A model generated the notes under the pieces. That model did no database searches, had not been told where the DNA came from, and worked only from the letters and a program-made list of their open reading frames with translations. A stretch of 64,000 bases of DNA, from the NCBI GenBank assembly GCA_045646345.1, contig JAZRKN010000015.1:96001-160000 (forward strand), in the 5' to 3' direction. Of the stretch, positions 31,717-44,100 are shown piece after piece. This DNA comes from Candidatus Scatovivens sp. (lineage in GTDB: Bacteria > Bacillota > Clostridia > TANB77 > CAG-508). Position 1 is the first letter of the stretch; every line of letters begins with the position of its first letter. Made by a program: the position numbers and the translations under genes.

Positions 31717-31989
31717 TTATTCACCTTTACTTTCAAAATCTAGATTTTCTATTTTACCAGTAACTAAAATATCATTATCTGTCATTTGATTTAATTTTAG
31801 ATTAAATCCATTAATATTTATATTTCCGACTGATGTACTTATTCTAACAAAAAAATCTTCATATTCTAAAATTCCTTTGAAATTCTCAATAAAAATTTCA
31901 TCGAATCCTGTAACAGTTATTTTAGGAATATCACTAATAACTTCTCTTGGAATCTCTAAAAATTTACTAACTCTACTATAATCTCTCAT
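31717..31989 (-). CDS. yqfC: Sporulation protein YqfC (YabP family)
   Basis: LEIPREVISDIPKITVTG..IENFKGILEY; true start MRDYSRV at 31989 after AGAGAGG. Confidence 0.88.
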   Translation of the reverse strand: MRDYSRVSKFLEIPREVISDIPKITVTGFDEIFIENFKGILEYEDFFVRISTSVGNININGFNLKLNQMTDNDILVTGKIENLDFESKGE

Positions 31990-32081
31990 ATATATACCTC
32001 TCTTTAAAGAATATATATTCAAAATAATAAAGTTTATACCTATAAAAAAACACAAATAGAATAATCTATTTGTGCTTCTTT

Positions 32082-32612
32082 TTATTCTTCTATTAATGCT
32101 TTTAAATCTTGATCTTCTTGAAGTCTTGGTGAAATATATTCCCAAACTTTTTTCTTAGCTTTACCCACAGCCGCAAGAGCAATATCTTTATCATCTCTCA
32201 TCTTAAAACTAGCATATTTTAAAATAATCGGCTTTTGAGAAACTGCCGCTAAAACAACATCTTTATCATCTCTAAGTTCTTGACTTGCAAAATATAAAGC
32301 TTGCCCATCAACTTTAGATGCTGCCAGTAAAACATCTTTATCTCCTTTTAATTTTTCACTAGCATAGCAACAAGTCCAACCAGCTTGAGAAACAGATTTC
32401 AAAATAACATCTTTATCATTTTTTAATCTATCACTTGCAAATTCTAAAGCCCCTCCATCAATAGCTACAGCTTTTAATAAAATTTCTTTATCGTCTTTAA
32501 TTTCCTCATTTGCCCATTCAATTAATGATGGATTTTCTAAAACTACTTTTGAAAAATATTCTTTATCATTTGTTCTTTCTCTAGCTTCAATTACTTCTGG
32601 ACTATCTGCCAT
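32082..32612 (-). CDS. DUF4116 repeat protein
   Basis: Tandem ALEFASDRLKNDKDVILxAV-type repeats. Confidence 0.85.
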   Translation of the reverse strand: MADSPEVIEARERTNDKEYFSKVVLENPSLIEWANEEIKDDKEILLKAVAIDGGALEFASDRLKNDKDVILKSVSQAGWTCCYASEKLKGDKDVLLAASKVDGQALYFASQELRDDKDVVLAAVSQKPIILKYASFKMRDDKDIALAAVGKAKKKVWEYISPRLQEDQDLKALIEE

Positions 32613-32628
32613 TTTTCTCTCCTATAAT

Positions 32629-33240
32629 TTAAAAATAAAAATCTGATTTTTTTTCATATTTTTCTCTTACTAGTTTTCTGTCTAGCATTCTCTTCTTTAG
32701 TTTACTATCATAATATATAATTCCAACTAACATTATTATACAAAAACTAAAAAAGATCTTATTTTTTAGAAGTTTCATTACTAAACCAAACCTTGGCATT
32801 GTATATACTACTTTTCCGATTATATTGCCATATTTAACAATTTCCTCATCATTAACTTCATTATTATCACCTTTAGTGATAAACGCCTTTTGTAAATCAG
32901 TATTTATAGTTTCTGAAATTCTGTGAGTTATAATTTCACCTTTTGCATTTTTAAATGTTATTATATTTCCTACTTTATATTCTTTATTTTCATAGCCTTT
33001 TTTTACTATTATAATATCATTTATATTAAGTCTCGGAGACATACTTTCTGATGTTACCGTATAAATTTCTATATTTAAAGAACTAGGAAATATTCCTGAA
33101 TTCCCTAGTTCTAATAATATTACTAATAAACTAAATAAAATTGTAGGAATCAACATTATATATAGCATTATAATTAAAATCTTTTTTATCTTTTGATTTC
33201 GTTTTATATTTTTAGATATAACATCTGATTCATATCTCAT
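32629..33240 (-). CDS. sipW: Signal peptidase I, SipW/ER-type (S26B)
   Basis: VTSESMSP (Ser), ITHRI (His), TKGDNN..D; TM helices on both sides. Confidence 0.85.
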   Translation of the reverse strand: MRYESDVISKNIKRNQKIKKILIIMLYIMLIPTILFSLLVILLELGNSGIFPSSLNIEIYTVTSESMSPRLNINDIIIVKKGYENKEYKVGNIITFKNAKGEIITHRISETINTDLQKAFITKGDNNEVNDEEIVKYGNIIGKVVYTMPRFGLVMKLLKNKIFFSFCIIMLVGIIYYDSKLKKRMLDRKLVREKYEKKSDFYF

Positions 33241-33253
33241 ATTTAATCACCTA

Positions 33254-34867
33254 TTAATTTTTATTTTTCATAATTGCAGGTTTCATTTTTTCAACAAAAG
33301 CTATGTCTTCTAAATTCAATCCACTTCTATTAATATTGTGATAATTAACTATTTTTCCAACATCTTCTATTAAACTTTCAATATTTTCTGGTTCTAAATG
33401 CTCTTTTTCTATATTGATATTTAATATTTTATATCTATTTGCGATTATTGATGTGATATCAGGTTCTTCTGCAAGTTTTATATTATTAAGCATTACTTTA
33501 TATGGTTGATTTATAAAATCAATCAAATCTTGAAGCTCTTTTGTTACATCCATTTCCATATCATCTGCATATTTTTCTTTTATTAATTTATAAGCATATG
33601 AATAGAATGAAACAGCAATTTTAAACATGTATTTTATTGAACAATTATCATCAACAAACTCTGCAATTCTTAAATTTACAGCTTCTTCATCTAATTCCAA
33701 ATACATTTTTTGTAATTCTTTTATTTGAGTATTAGAAGATACTGGAAATTCATATATTTTACGTTCTAATTTCTTTTTAAAGAATCTAAATAAAGGATTG
33801 CTTGTTTGTTTTATCATCGCAAGATGTTTTTTATTTTCTTTTAATAAAGCTTGTTCTTTTTTTCTTAACTCTTTATTTTTCTTATCATAAGCATCTTTAA
33901 ATGCATCTTTATTTTTTTGTTTTTCTTTTAAATTTTCTATAATATATTGATATCTTACAAATACACTATATTCTTCAAGAGTATTCAATAATTTACCAAA
34001 ATTTTTATTAATTTCTTCTTGTTTTTCTGGTGTTTCATCAAAATATTTTCCAACATATAATCTGTCGTAAAGAACGCTCATTTCTTTTTCACTAAAATCT
34101 TTGATTTTCCACTCATCATTCAAGAATTTTCCTAATATTTCTTTGCCATCTTTTCTTCTTGCTTTTATTAAATCTTTATTTAATTCAAAGAATGTTTTAA
34201 CAAAACCATTCTTATCTAGTTGCATTGCATTCAATACTTTAGAATTTCTATCATTTAATTCTTTTTCTATTTTTTTAGAATTAATATAATATAAATATCT
34301 CATATTTAATTCTATATGTATAACAATATCAGGACATTGCCAATATATTTTCTCAAAAGTCTTTTTAAGTTTTTCTGAATTAAAATTACCGTTTTCTAGT
34401 TCCTCCATAAATACACTAATATATTCATTAGTGTATTGGCTGTAATTAAAATCATCTTTTGTTAAAATAATTCCAAAATCTTTAAATTTATCTAAAAACA
34501 ATTTTATATTGTTATTTACTAAACTTAAATCTCCCTCAAAGAAACTACTTAAACTATGAGCAATTCTATCAATTCCTAATTTTTCAAATGGTGTATTTAA
34601 TTCATTTAATACTTCTATATTTTCAAAACCTTTAATAGTTTTCTCAAGCTCAGCAATTTTGGTATCTTCTCTAACATCAGTTATTCTTTCATATCTGTCT
34701 TGAATTTCATTCCAAACTACTTTTCTAATTTTTAACGCAGCTTCTTCAAATTCTTGAACTTTTTCAACATATTTACTTTTGTTTTTCTTTGTGTTTATTG
34801 GCAAAACACTTAATACGTCTTTATTACTTGATATATATTTATCAAATTCCACTAATATATCGTTCAT
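33254..34867 (-). CDS. Hypothetical coiled-coil-rich protein
   Basis: 537-aa ORF; no motif recognised. Confidence 0.7.
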   Translation of the reverse strand: MNDILVEFDKYISSNKDVLSVLPINTKKNKSKYVEKVQEFEEAALKIRKVVWNEIQDRYERITDVREDTKIAELEKTIKGFENIEVLNELNTPFEKLGIDRIAHSLSSFFEGDLSLVNNNIKLFLDKFKDFGIILTKDDFNYSQYTNEYISVFMEELENGNFNSEKLKKTFEKIYWQCPDIVIHIELNMRYLYYINSKKIEKELNDRNSKVLNAMQLDKNGFVKTFFELNKDLIKARRKDGKEILGKFLNDEWKIKDFSEKEMSVLYDRLYVGKYFDETPEKQEEINKNFGKLLNTLEEYSVFVRYQYIIENLKEKQKNKDAFKDAYDKKNKELRKKEQALLKENKKHLAMIKQTSNPLFRFFKKKLERKIYEFPVSSNTQIKELQKMYLELDEEAVNLRIAEFVDDNCSIKYMFKIAVSFYSYAYKLIKEKYADDMEMDVTKELQDLIDFINQPYKVMLNNIKLAEEPDITSIIANRYKILNINIEKEHLEPENIESLIEDVGKIVNYHNINRSGLNLEDIAFVEKMKPAIMKNKN

Positions 34868-34990
34868 TTATGCTTCCGTACCTTTCATACTTTTTTCTTT
34901 TTCTAAATAAGCTATATAATCTTCTACTTTCTTATATAACTCCATTAGATCTTCGTTGCTTAATTTCGATAATTCAAAATCTTTTTCCAT
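34868..34990 (-). CDS. Small 40-aa helical protein (below ORF-track cutoff)
   Basis: GAAAGGA RBS; MEKDFELSKLSNEDLMELYKKVEDYIAYLEKEKSMKGTEA; its TAA directly abuts the ATG of the next gene. Confidence 0.7.
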   Translation of the reverse strand: MEKDFELSKLSNEDLMELYKKVEDYIAYLEKEKSMKGTEA

Positions 34991-35113
34991 TGTACAAATT
35001 TCCTTTCAAGAAATCATCCTACTATTATATTCAATATTATATATTAATCATAATCTCAAGTCTATATCTTTTTTATAATATTTTTTTACTTTTTGTTTAC
35101 AATTTATAGATTC

Positions 35114-35135
35114 AAGGGGAAGTTTTCTTCCCCTT
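35114..35135 (-). terminator. Hairpin terminator after the giant adhesin gene
   Basis: AAGGGGAAG-TTTT-CTTCCCCTT just past the stop; weak U-tract. Confidence 0.6.
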
Positions 35136-35144
35136 AGATCTTTA

Positions 35145-38100
35145 TTACTTAATTATTATATAAGAGAATGTATCTCCAATGTACATATATTCTGTTATAT
35201 CAAATGGTATTTGCGTTGATTCTCCTTTATCATTTGTTTCTTCTTTATAAACAATCTCATCACTTGCATCGTATAATGTGAACACTACTTTGTAAGTTCC
35301 TGATTTCAAATCTTGTTTTAACGTATAGTCTGCATTTAAAGTAATTGAAATTGTATTATCAATTACTGCTGCTTTTATCGTTTGAGTATCAATAGCTGTA
35401 TATTCTTTTTCAAATTGTTTTATTGAATCTAAAAATTCTTGATATTCTTCATCATATACTTGATTTACTTCAACAGGAAGTTCTAGTTCATTAGTTACGT
35501 ATTCTGTCAAATCAACTTTTTCATAATCATTTTGATATGGATTATTCATTGATTCATCATATTCTCTTCTATATAGAGCAACTGTTATATATGGATTATT
35601 TAAACCAGATAAATATTCAATATCAAAGTTAAGCATATTATTACCCACTTCATTCATTTTTCCTGTTGCTGCATCTAATGTATATCCAGTTGCTTTATCT
35701 ATAATAACTTGTTCTACTGGAAGTGTTGAGTTTAATCCATATACATCATTGATTAATTCTAAGCTTACCCAAGTTGTTGCAGAAGCTTCAACTCCATAAT
35801 AAATACCATCAGCAGAACCAAAACTTTCTATCTTAATTTGATATTCACCTGTTGCCAGAGCACTGTTTTCAGTTCCTATTTTTATTGATGATGATGCATT
35901 TGAAACAAGTTCTGCAATTTTTATTCTAGTCGTTCCATCGGCTCTCGGATAATATTTTTCATTATTTAACTCAAAATATGTACCAAGCAAGTTAGCTCCA
36001 TTTACAACCTCATACTCATCTGTAACGTCATTTTTCTTATAAAATGTTAATTTTACACCAAGTTTTTTATCAAAATATCTTGTATCGTAAATTGTAACAG
36101 ATTGTTCACCTTTTTTAACATCATATACTGTATTTACCTTTAATAAAACATCATTTCCTAAAAACACCCTCGATTTACTCAAAGACGCATTTACATCTAT
36201 TGTTGATTCATCATCATAAATACCATAAACAATACTGTCAATTTGATCATCTAATAATCCAAATAATATTTCTTCTCTTCCATCAATCGTTGCTTTCAAG
36301 TACATCCTAAAATGCTGATCTTTAACAATTGCCGTTTGCCCCTCTGGGAGTTCTGGGAATTCAGCATTTTCAAAGTTAGCAATAAATATAAAGTTTTCAT
36401 ATTCATAATCCAGATTATTTTCTGTTATATGATAATTTTCCCTTACACTTTTTTCATTAAATTTTTCATTTGAACTTCCCATTACTTTAAATTCATCTAA
36501 TCTAAATTCAACTCTTCCATACTCATCATCAGTTATATCTAAATAATAGTAAGCAGGATTATTTTTATCCCATCTGTCAATCATTGTAATTGTTGTTCCT
36601 ATTGGGAATGGATATTCAGTTGTTATTACTCTATAAGAATCATCATAGTAATTTCTAATATTTTCTATTTGAGAAAAGTTTTCTTGTGCAAACTCAAAAT
36701 ATGTTGAAAAACTACTCTCTGTTGTAATGTTTGTTACTGTGTTAGCAAATAAATCATAATGTGTACCTGGAGCAATAGCACCGTTGTAACCGGTATCGTC
36801 ATATACTTCTGATAATAAAATTGCATCTATAATTATCCTTGCACTACCACGATTTAACGCATCTCTCCAATAAGATAATCCCATATTAAATTGCACCGTT
36901 CCAAGTTCTTTCGCTTCTGTAATGTTGTTTGAGTGATATAAGAAAAATACGAAAGCTGGTGTTGTTTTTAAGTTTTCAATAATATATTTATTGGTTCCAT
37001 CATAAGAAGTATTATTTGTATGATTTATATCTGTAATAGCATCAGCATAAACATCAGTATTACCACTCATACTCCAACCAGAAGTACTGGTTTTCATCGT
37101 TAATCCAAAATTATTATTAGCAGCTCTTTGATCTGTATTAATATTTGGAATATCATTTTTATTATATAACCCTACTCCATTTACTAATGAAGCGTCTACA
37201 CCTGTAAGTGTTAATACAGCATTCTCATAAGAAATACCTAATAATGACAATTCTTTTGTACCAAATGTTGAGTGTTTAGATGCTGTTAAAATAAATGAAT
37301 AATAAAATACTTCATCATCTGGTCCAGCATACCACATATAATAAACGTCATCTTTTGGTGTTGGAGTTATATAACTTGTATAAGAAGTAGGACTAAAAGA
37401 TGCATAATTTTCTGCATTTAAGATATCATCTTCATCTAATTCAACACCCATTTTTTCATATACAGTATAGAATCCATCTTTAGTAATATCTTGCTCAGGA
37501 TTTCTTTCGTGCAATCCTAATACATATGAACGGTTAAAGTCTCTTTCATTCCAACTTAATGTTCCTCCAGTAGTATAACTTGGATCATACATACCCATGT
37601 AAACGCTATTAGCATCATTTCCCGGTTGTCCTTCTCCACCATCACTACTTCTAAAGATTCCAAAGAAAGTCATTCCTTTAACATCACCATATTTTGATGT
37701 TACTTCTTCGTCATCTGATATATTTAAATTTCTACCAGAATACATATAAATTCTATTATCTGTATTTCTATTTATTGTTGTTGCATTTTGAATTGTTGCA
37801 ATCTTTGTTATTTCTATATCTTCACCAATACCTGTTGTATTTGGTTCGAAAATAGCTCCATTTGAAACATAATATTCAAGATTTCCACGTCCATCATAAA
37901 TCTTTCCGTTTATAACTTGATATGATGTTCCGTTTTCTCCAACAACTGTATCAATAATTTGTGCAGTTGCATATTCTTCATTACCGTCTTCTCCAACCAT
38001 ACTTGAATAATGAGCTAGCAAGTTAGCACCATTTACTAAATATAGTGTTGTATTATTTTTAGATTTCAAATGTGTAATACGGTTTAATGCAAATAATCCT

Positions 38101-41100
38101 TCTGGGTGGGCTGATGTACTATCTGTTGTACCATTTAATAGTATAGAAGCATTATCCATAACTACATTTGTTGCCCTTTGGATAGAAATTCCTCTTTTTG
38201 GTACTTCTCTAGTTCCATAGTTTCTAATATTTATATCACCATTAGTATTAGCACTAGATGCGTTACCAGAACCAAATACACTTTCATAGAAATTAAATGT
38301 ATTAGTATCTGTTGCTGAAGTTTCATATCCTTCACCATCTATATTTATAAGAATTGTTTTTGTAACACTTATTGTATCATAGTTGAATTCTTTTGTAGGG
38401 TCCATTTGCTCACCACCACCAAAGATAGTTCCACCAATATCAACTTTTCCTCTTACAAAGCTTCTTGCAGCTTGATTAGTAGATGCATAATAATCATTTA
38501 TCGCTTCTAAACCTATATTGATTACTGTACTACCGTATATAACTGATGAATTCGCTCCACCATATACATTTTCTCCAATCACAGCACCAGCAATATCTAC
38601 GATTACTAAAGCATCTCCTGTTTCTTTTCCTGTTGCCCCATCTATGTATTTATTTCCTGTTTCAGCAGCATTACCACCACCAAAAGCACTTTTTGCTATA
38701 GTTGTATTTCCATCAACACCTAGGTAAGATGAAATATCAACTAAAGCTGTAACACCGTTTCCAGCAGCATAAGCATTTCCACCTATATTTCCTGATGAAA
38801 TATATAATGAAGTTGCACCTTTTACTGGTCCATTATCTCCTCCACCATAGATGTCATCACCTGTTGAACTATTTCCATAAAAATCAACTTGAGTATTAGC
38901 ACCTACTTCTGCTGTTATACCTTCTCCTGCTCCAAATACTCTGTTTTGAATTACAGAATTGTTACTTATTTCAACGCTACAAGAACCTTTTACTTGTCCT
39001 GGTAGTGTTGCATCAGCACTTCCGTCAGCACCTTTACCACCACCATATACACTATTTTCTATTGTAGAATCTTCAATTTCAACAACAGTTCCATATTCTA
39101 CTTCTCCGTACTCTCCACCACCATATACGTTTTGAGCTTGAGTTTTATTTTGTATAATAACTGTAGTTCCATTTACATTAGCAGCTCTACCACCACCATA
39201 TACCGAACCACCAATATCAGATGTAATTGTTTGATTTGTGTTATCTACAGTATCTGAAATCGTTACCGAAGTGCTCTCCGTAACTTCACCTTGGTTTCCT
39301 CCACCATAGATATTTTTATCTATAATAGTTCCTAAAGCTGAAATAGCAGTTGTTCCATCAACATTTCCTGCATTACCACCACCATAAATAGAAAATGCAC
39401 TAGAATTTTCTACAGCTATACTTGTGTTTCCACCCAAATCAGCTTGGTTTCCTCCACCAAATATATTGTTAGTAATTGTTGATGAATTTAGTATTGAAAT
39501 TACAGACCCTCCAGATACTAAACCTCTATCACCACCACCAAATACATTTCCATTTGTAGCAGGTGTTTCTGCATCCATATTTTCTTTATCACCAATAACA
39601 TTAGATCCATCTATTGTTACAAAAGTAATATTTGATACAGTTGCCGGCTCACCTTTACCACCACCAAATACGTTTTGGGCTTGTGAACCTGCTAACATAT
39701 ATACATCTGTGCTCTTATTGTTTACATTTCCGATTACGGCACCGTTTTCTCCACCACCGTAAATGTTATTTGTTACAATCGAATTTTCTATATTGATATC
39801 TGTTGTAGCAACGCTAGCTTCTTTTCCTCCACCATATAAAGAATCGTTGATGTTTGAATTTGTTACATTAACAATTGTATTTCCAGTTACTTGCCCTTGG
39901 CTTCCACCACCATAAGCAGAACCCGTTATAGTAGAACCGATAACATCCAAAAGTGTATTTCCGTTAATTTGTGCTTCTGTTCCTAATCCTCCACCAAAAG
40001 CATTTCCAATTATTGCATTATTTTTTACATAAACAAATGTAGCTTGTAATTGACCTGATTCATTAGAACCACCATATAAATTACCTACTGTACCACCATT
40101 AACTGTTATTTTTCTTGGCACTTGTGCATTGGTTCCTGCAATTCCTGCTTGATTTCCACCATTAAATGCATTTACAACATTTGCATTACTAAATATGTCT
40201 ACTTGTACACCATTTGAATTAGTTGTTACTGCAGCTCGGTTACCTGATCCAAACACATTGTCAACTGTAGTTGGATACGTTTTTCCAATTTCAACAAGAA
40301 TTTTTCCACTTATATCTCCATTTACGTTACAACCACCAAATACAGATATTCCTGGATATGTTCCACCATCTACAATTACAGTTGTATCACCATTCGTAGT
40401 AGCAGGATCATTTTCTGCTCCCTTACCACCACCATATATATTTCCTGTAATTAAAATTGTATTCGCTGGCGATACTGAATCCGATACTGTTATTTTAGAA
40501 TCTCCTGAAACAGTTCCAGCTTCGCTTCCTCCATAAATATTTCCATTTAAAACAATAGTCCCATTTGAGTCTGTTATATTTATTGTAGCATCACCATTAA
40601 CAGAAGTTGAGTTTCCTAAACCACCACCGAAAATAACATCTTCTGAGAAATCTCCTGTAGCACCTATTGTTCCACCATTTATATAAATATATGTATCTTG
40701 TGTTATATCTCCATCTTGATTAGATCCACCATATATTGCACCATTTATTGTTCCTGCATATGTTTTAACAGTTGAAGAACCTACAATATCACTTTGATTT
40801 GAACCACCATAAATATTTTTATTTACTTTTCCACCATGCATTTCAATTGTTACAGCGGTTACTTCTTCTTGTTCTTCATCATCCGGCTTTTCTATTTCAA
40901 CAGCTTTTAAAAATCTAAATGATGTAGCATTAGAAGTACTTGTAGTTGTTCCTGTTATTGTTGATCCATTTATTCTGAGATATCTATTAGAACCATTTCT
41001 TACAAAATAAAATCTTATTCCGTTATTAACTACTGATGCAGTAAAAGTTCTCGAATTTCCTGATAATGTAAGGTTATTTCTATCATTATTTAAATATCTC

Positions 41101-44100
41101 TGTTGTCCAATATTATAAAAAGAATACTCATTCCCATTTTTGGTTACTCTCCATAAGTTATTATTAGTTGGCATTTGAGTATTAGATAAATATGATCCTG
41201 TTAACGTACCATTATTTACATTGAATATTCTAGAAGAATTTGGCGTAGTTCCATTAGCAATAATATATACTTCTCCAGACACAATATTATTTGTATGATC
41301 TTCAAAAGTACACACTGGCTCTCCATTATCATCGTCATCATCATTTGCAGATGAATTTACAACCCCATAATTTCCACCACCATATACAGAATTGTTTATA
41401 GTTGCATTTCCATCTATAATTATATGTGAAGATAAAACTCTTCCTGCAATTCCCATAAGTCGTGGATCATCATTTCCGTTTCCAGCACCTAATACGCATC
41501 CTGCTTCTGTTCCATATAGCGTAGCAACCCCTTGAGCATTTCGATCAGCATTATTGGTTAGTGTATCTTCTGCTCCAATTACAGCGTTTCCTCCAATATA
41601 TAGTTTTGTACTTCCATTTAGAGTACCGTTATCACTTGTTGTCGAAGCAACACCATTAGACCCTCCATTGACGCTATATAATATCGTTCCATCTGTAACT
41701 TGTATTACTCTATTTCCATAAGTTGGAGATCTACCCGCACCACCAACAATATTTACTATAGTTCCACCTTTTATGTATATAAATGATCTAGCATCATCAC
41801 CATCATACGATGCAAGTCCACCAATTACGTTGCAAATTAATCCACCTTCAACAGTTAAAATTCTATCACCATTGTCATGAGCCCCAGTAGATCCATGACC
41901 ACCTACATATATTCCAGAATATGGTTTATTATCATCTGTATCTTTAAAACAATCAAGACCAATTCTTCCACTTTTTACTCTCATATCAAATATAGGAACC
42001 CCAGCATATAAGGTATCAAGGGTTGCAGCACCTGTTCTTGAAGAGAATTTTGTATATATATTTAAATCATCATTCTTATTTCTAACTCTATCAAAATCAT
42101 TTCCAATAATAGCTGTTGCTGCTATTTTATGCCCAGTAAACGATCCAGCTCTCGCTACTTGTACATTCAAATATTTTCCAGTTTCTATAACTAATCTATA
42201 TTCTGCATTAGCATTACCAGAAGCACCTCCTTGGATTTGTGTAAATGTTGCTTCTGTTTCATCTGTATTATCAGGCATCATTCCTCTACCAATTCTAAAA
42301 TTAAATGCATTAGCTTTTACCCAAGTTCCTAAATCTGCCGTAGCACTTTCGTGATCAGTATTCCATCCCATACCAGAATTATTATTGTAATTTGCTGGTC
42401 CATCAACTGTTAAAAACGCTAATTGAGCATCTTGTTTTAAAGTAATTGTAGAACTAACTTGAAATGTTGCATTTTCTCTATAATCTTGGCCACCATATAT
42501 ACTTGTAATTGTATAAGCCGAATTAGCAGTTTCATATAGGTTTGATAAAGTTCCGTTCTTAAGAACAATTATATTTAACTCTCTATCAGATGCTGTATCT
42601 GTTTCTTCATTGTATGCTGCAGCTAATCTAGAATTAATTCCAACCCAGTTATTTACTGGAGTTGTCATACTTCCATCATTTGTTTGCGCACCTGCAGTTG
42701 TATCAACAAATATAACATTTGCATCTTGCCAATCCGCATATAAGTTAATTGTTACTTTTCTATCTGCTCCTACGTTTGTCGATACAGTTTGAACATATGT
42801 CTTTGCATTCGTTGTAATTGTATGGGTTGCATCAGTATCTGCTGAAAGCCAACCATTAAATCCTGCTCCTCCTGGTCTATCCATATATGGATTATCTATT
42901 AATTCTACTGATACTTTACCTCCAGAAATTGGAACTGCGTGAGTATAAGTCATTAATGTTTGTCTTTCTCCATTACTCGTTGCTGTTGGCTGTATCGTTG
43001 ATATGTATCCAATTAATAATCTTTCTGTTCCTGTAACCTTAAAACCATAAGTATTAATTCCTGAAAAAGTTGCTACAGTACCTGTTCCAGTATATGCCAA
43101 ATCGATATCTAATGTATATTTTTTATAAGTATTTTGTGTCCAAGAATTCCAATTGTTTCCAGTTACAGTCACTATTTGAGTAGTAGCATTATACGTAATC
43201 GTTATATCGTTATTAGTTGTATCATTAGCAGTTGCTGTTGCATTAAATCTATCTGGAACTGGAGCTTTAAATTGCATAGTCCAAGGTTTTGTTGTGTCAA
43301 CATATTGATCATTTCCAAAAGTTGCTGCTATATCTAGATTTACAATTCTATTTCCTCCAGCTGAACCTGCATCACTTCTTGTCCAAGAAACAGTACTTGT
43401 TTCAATTTGATTCATTTCTGTTTTATTTGTGTTATAACTATAGTAATTTACAGTTACTTCTGCCATATCATTCTCTGTATATGGTGTTTTTCTTCCGTCA
43501 AAGTCTTCTGTATAATTCAATCCCATATAATAATTATAATCATTATCATAATTATTAACTAAAACTTTATTTGGAGTAATTTCATCTTCTTTTATAACTG
43601 CATAACGTGAAAACTCATTTGTTACACATTCAACTGTATCTATTGTTTTATTTGATACGTTTATTTTTTCAAATAAAATTTCATCTTCACTTTCATTAAT
43701 GTGTAATACTTCAATAGATTTCCCTATTAAGTTATCTTTGAATTTTTCTACTGAAGTTATTGCAACATTTACAGTTTGATAATAATCTTTTGGTTGATAT
43801 TCCAATTCACCATTTAGAATTTTTATATCATATGCAGCTAAAACTGTCGTATCTTTTAATTCTTCAACATCTGCTTTTAACTCTTCAATTTCATTAATAT
43901 CTTCTGCTTTTACATTTAAACCGTATCCAACAGGTACATATCCAGTTACTACAATTTTTGCTTCAGCTGATTCTGAAACTAATTCTTGATTGTATAGTTT
44001 TACACCATTAATCTCTATTGTTTGATATTCTGCCAAAACGTTTAAATCTTCTTTTTCAAGTTGTTCTTCAGTTAAATAAACTTTATCTCCTGGTAAATAT

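Noticed and set aside
31990-32145. ORF-track N-terminal extensions (yqfC from 32145, also 57728, 28113, 25072)
   Set aside because: Better RBS-linked starts lie downstream, and the yqfC and DUF3048 extensions overlap neighbouring genes.
3520-36450. AGG as a second recoded or frameshifting codon
   Set aside because: AGG occurs in frame in intact genes (IDSRSG near 3530; HFRMY near 36305; SVREN near 36441) with the frame continuing normally.
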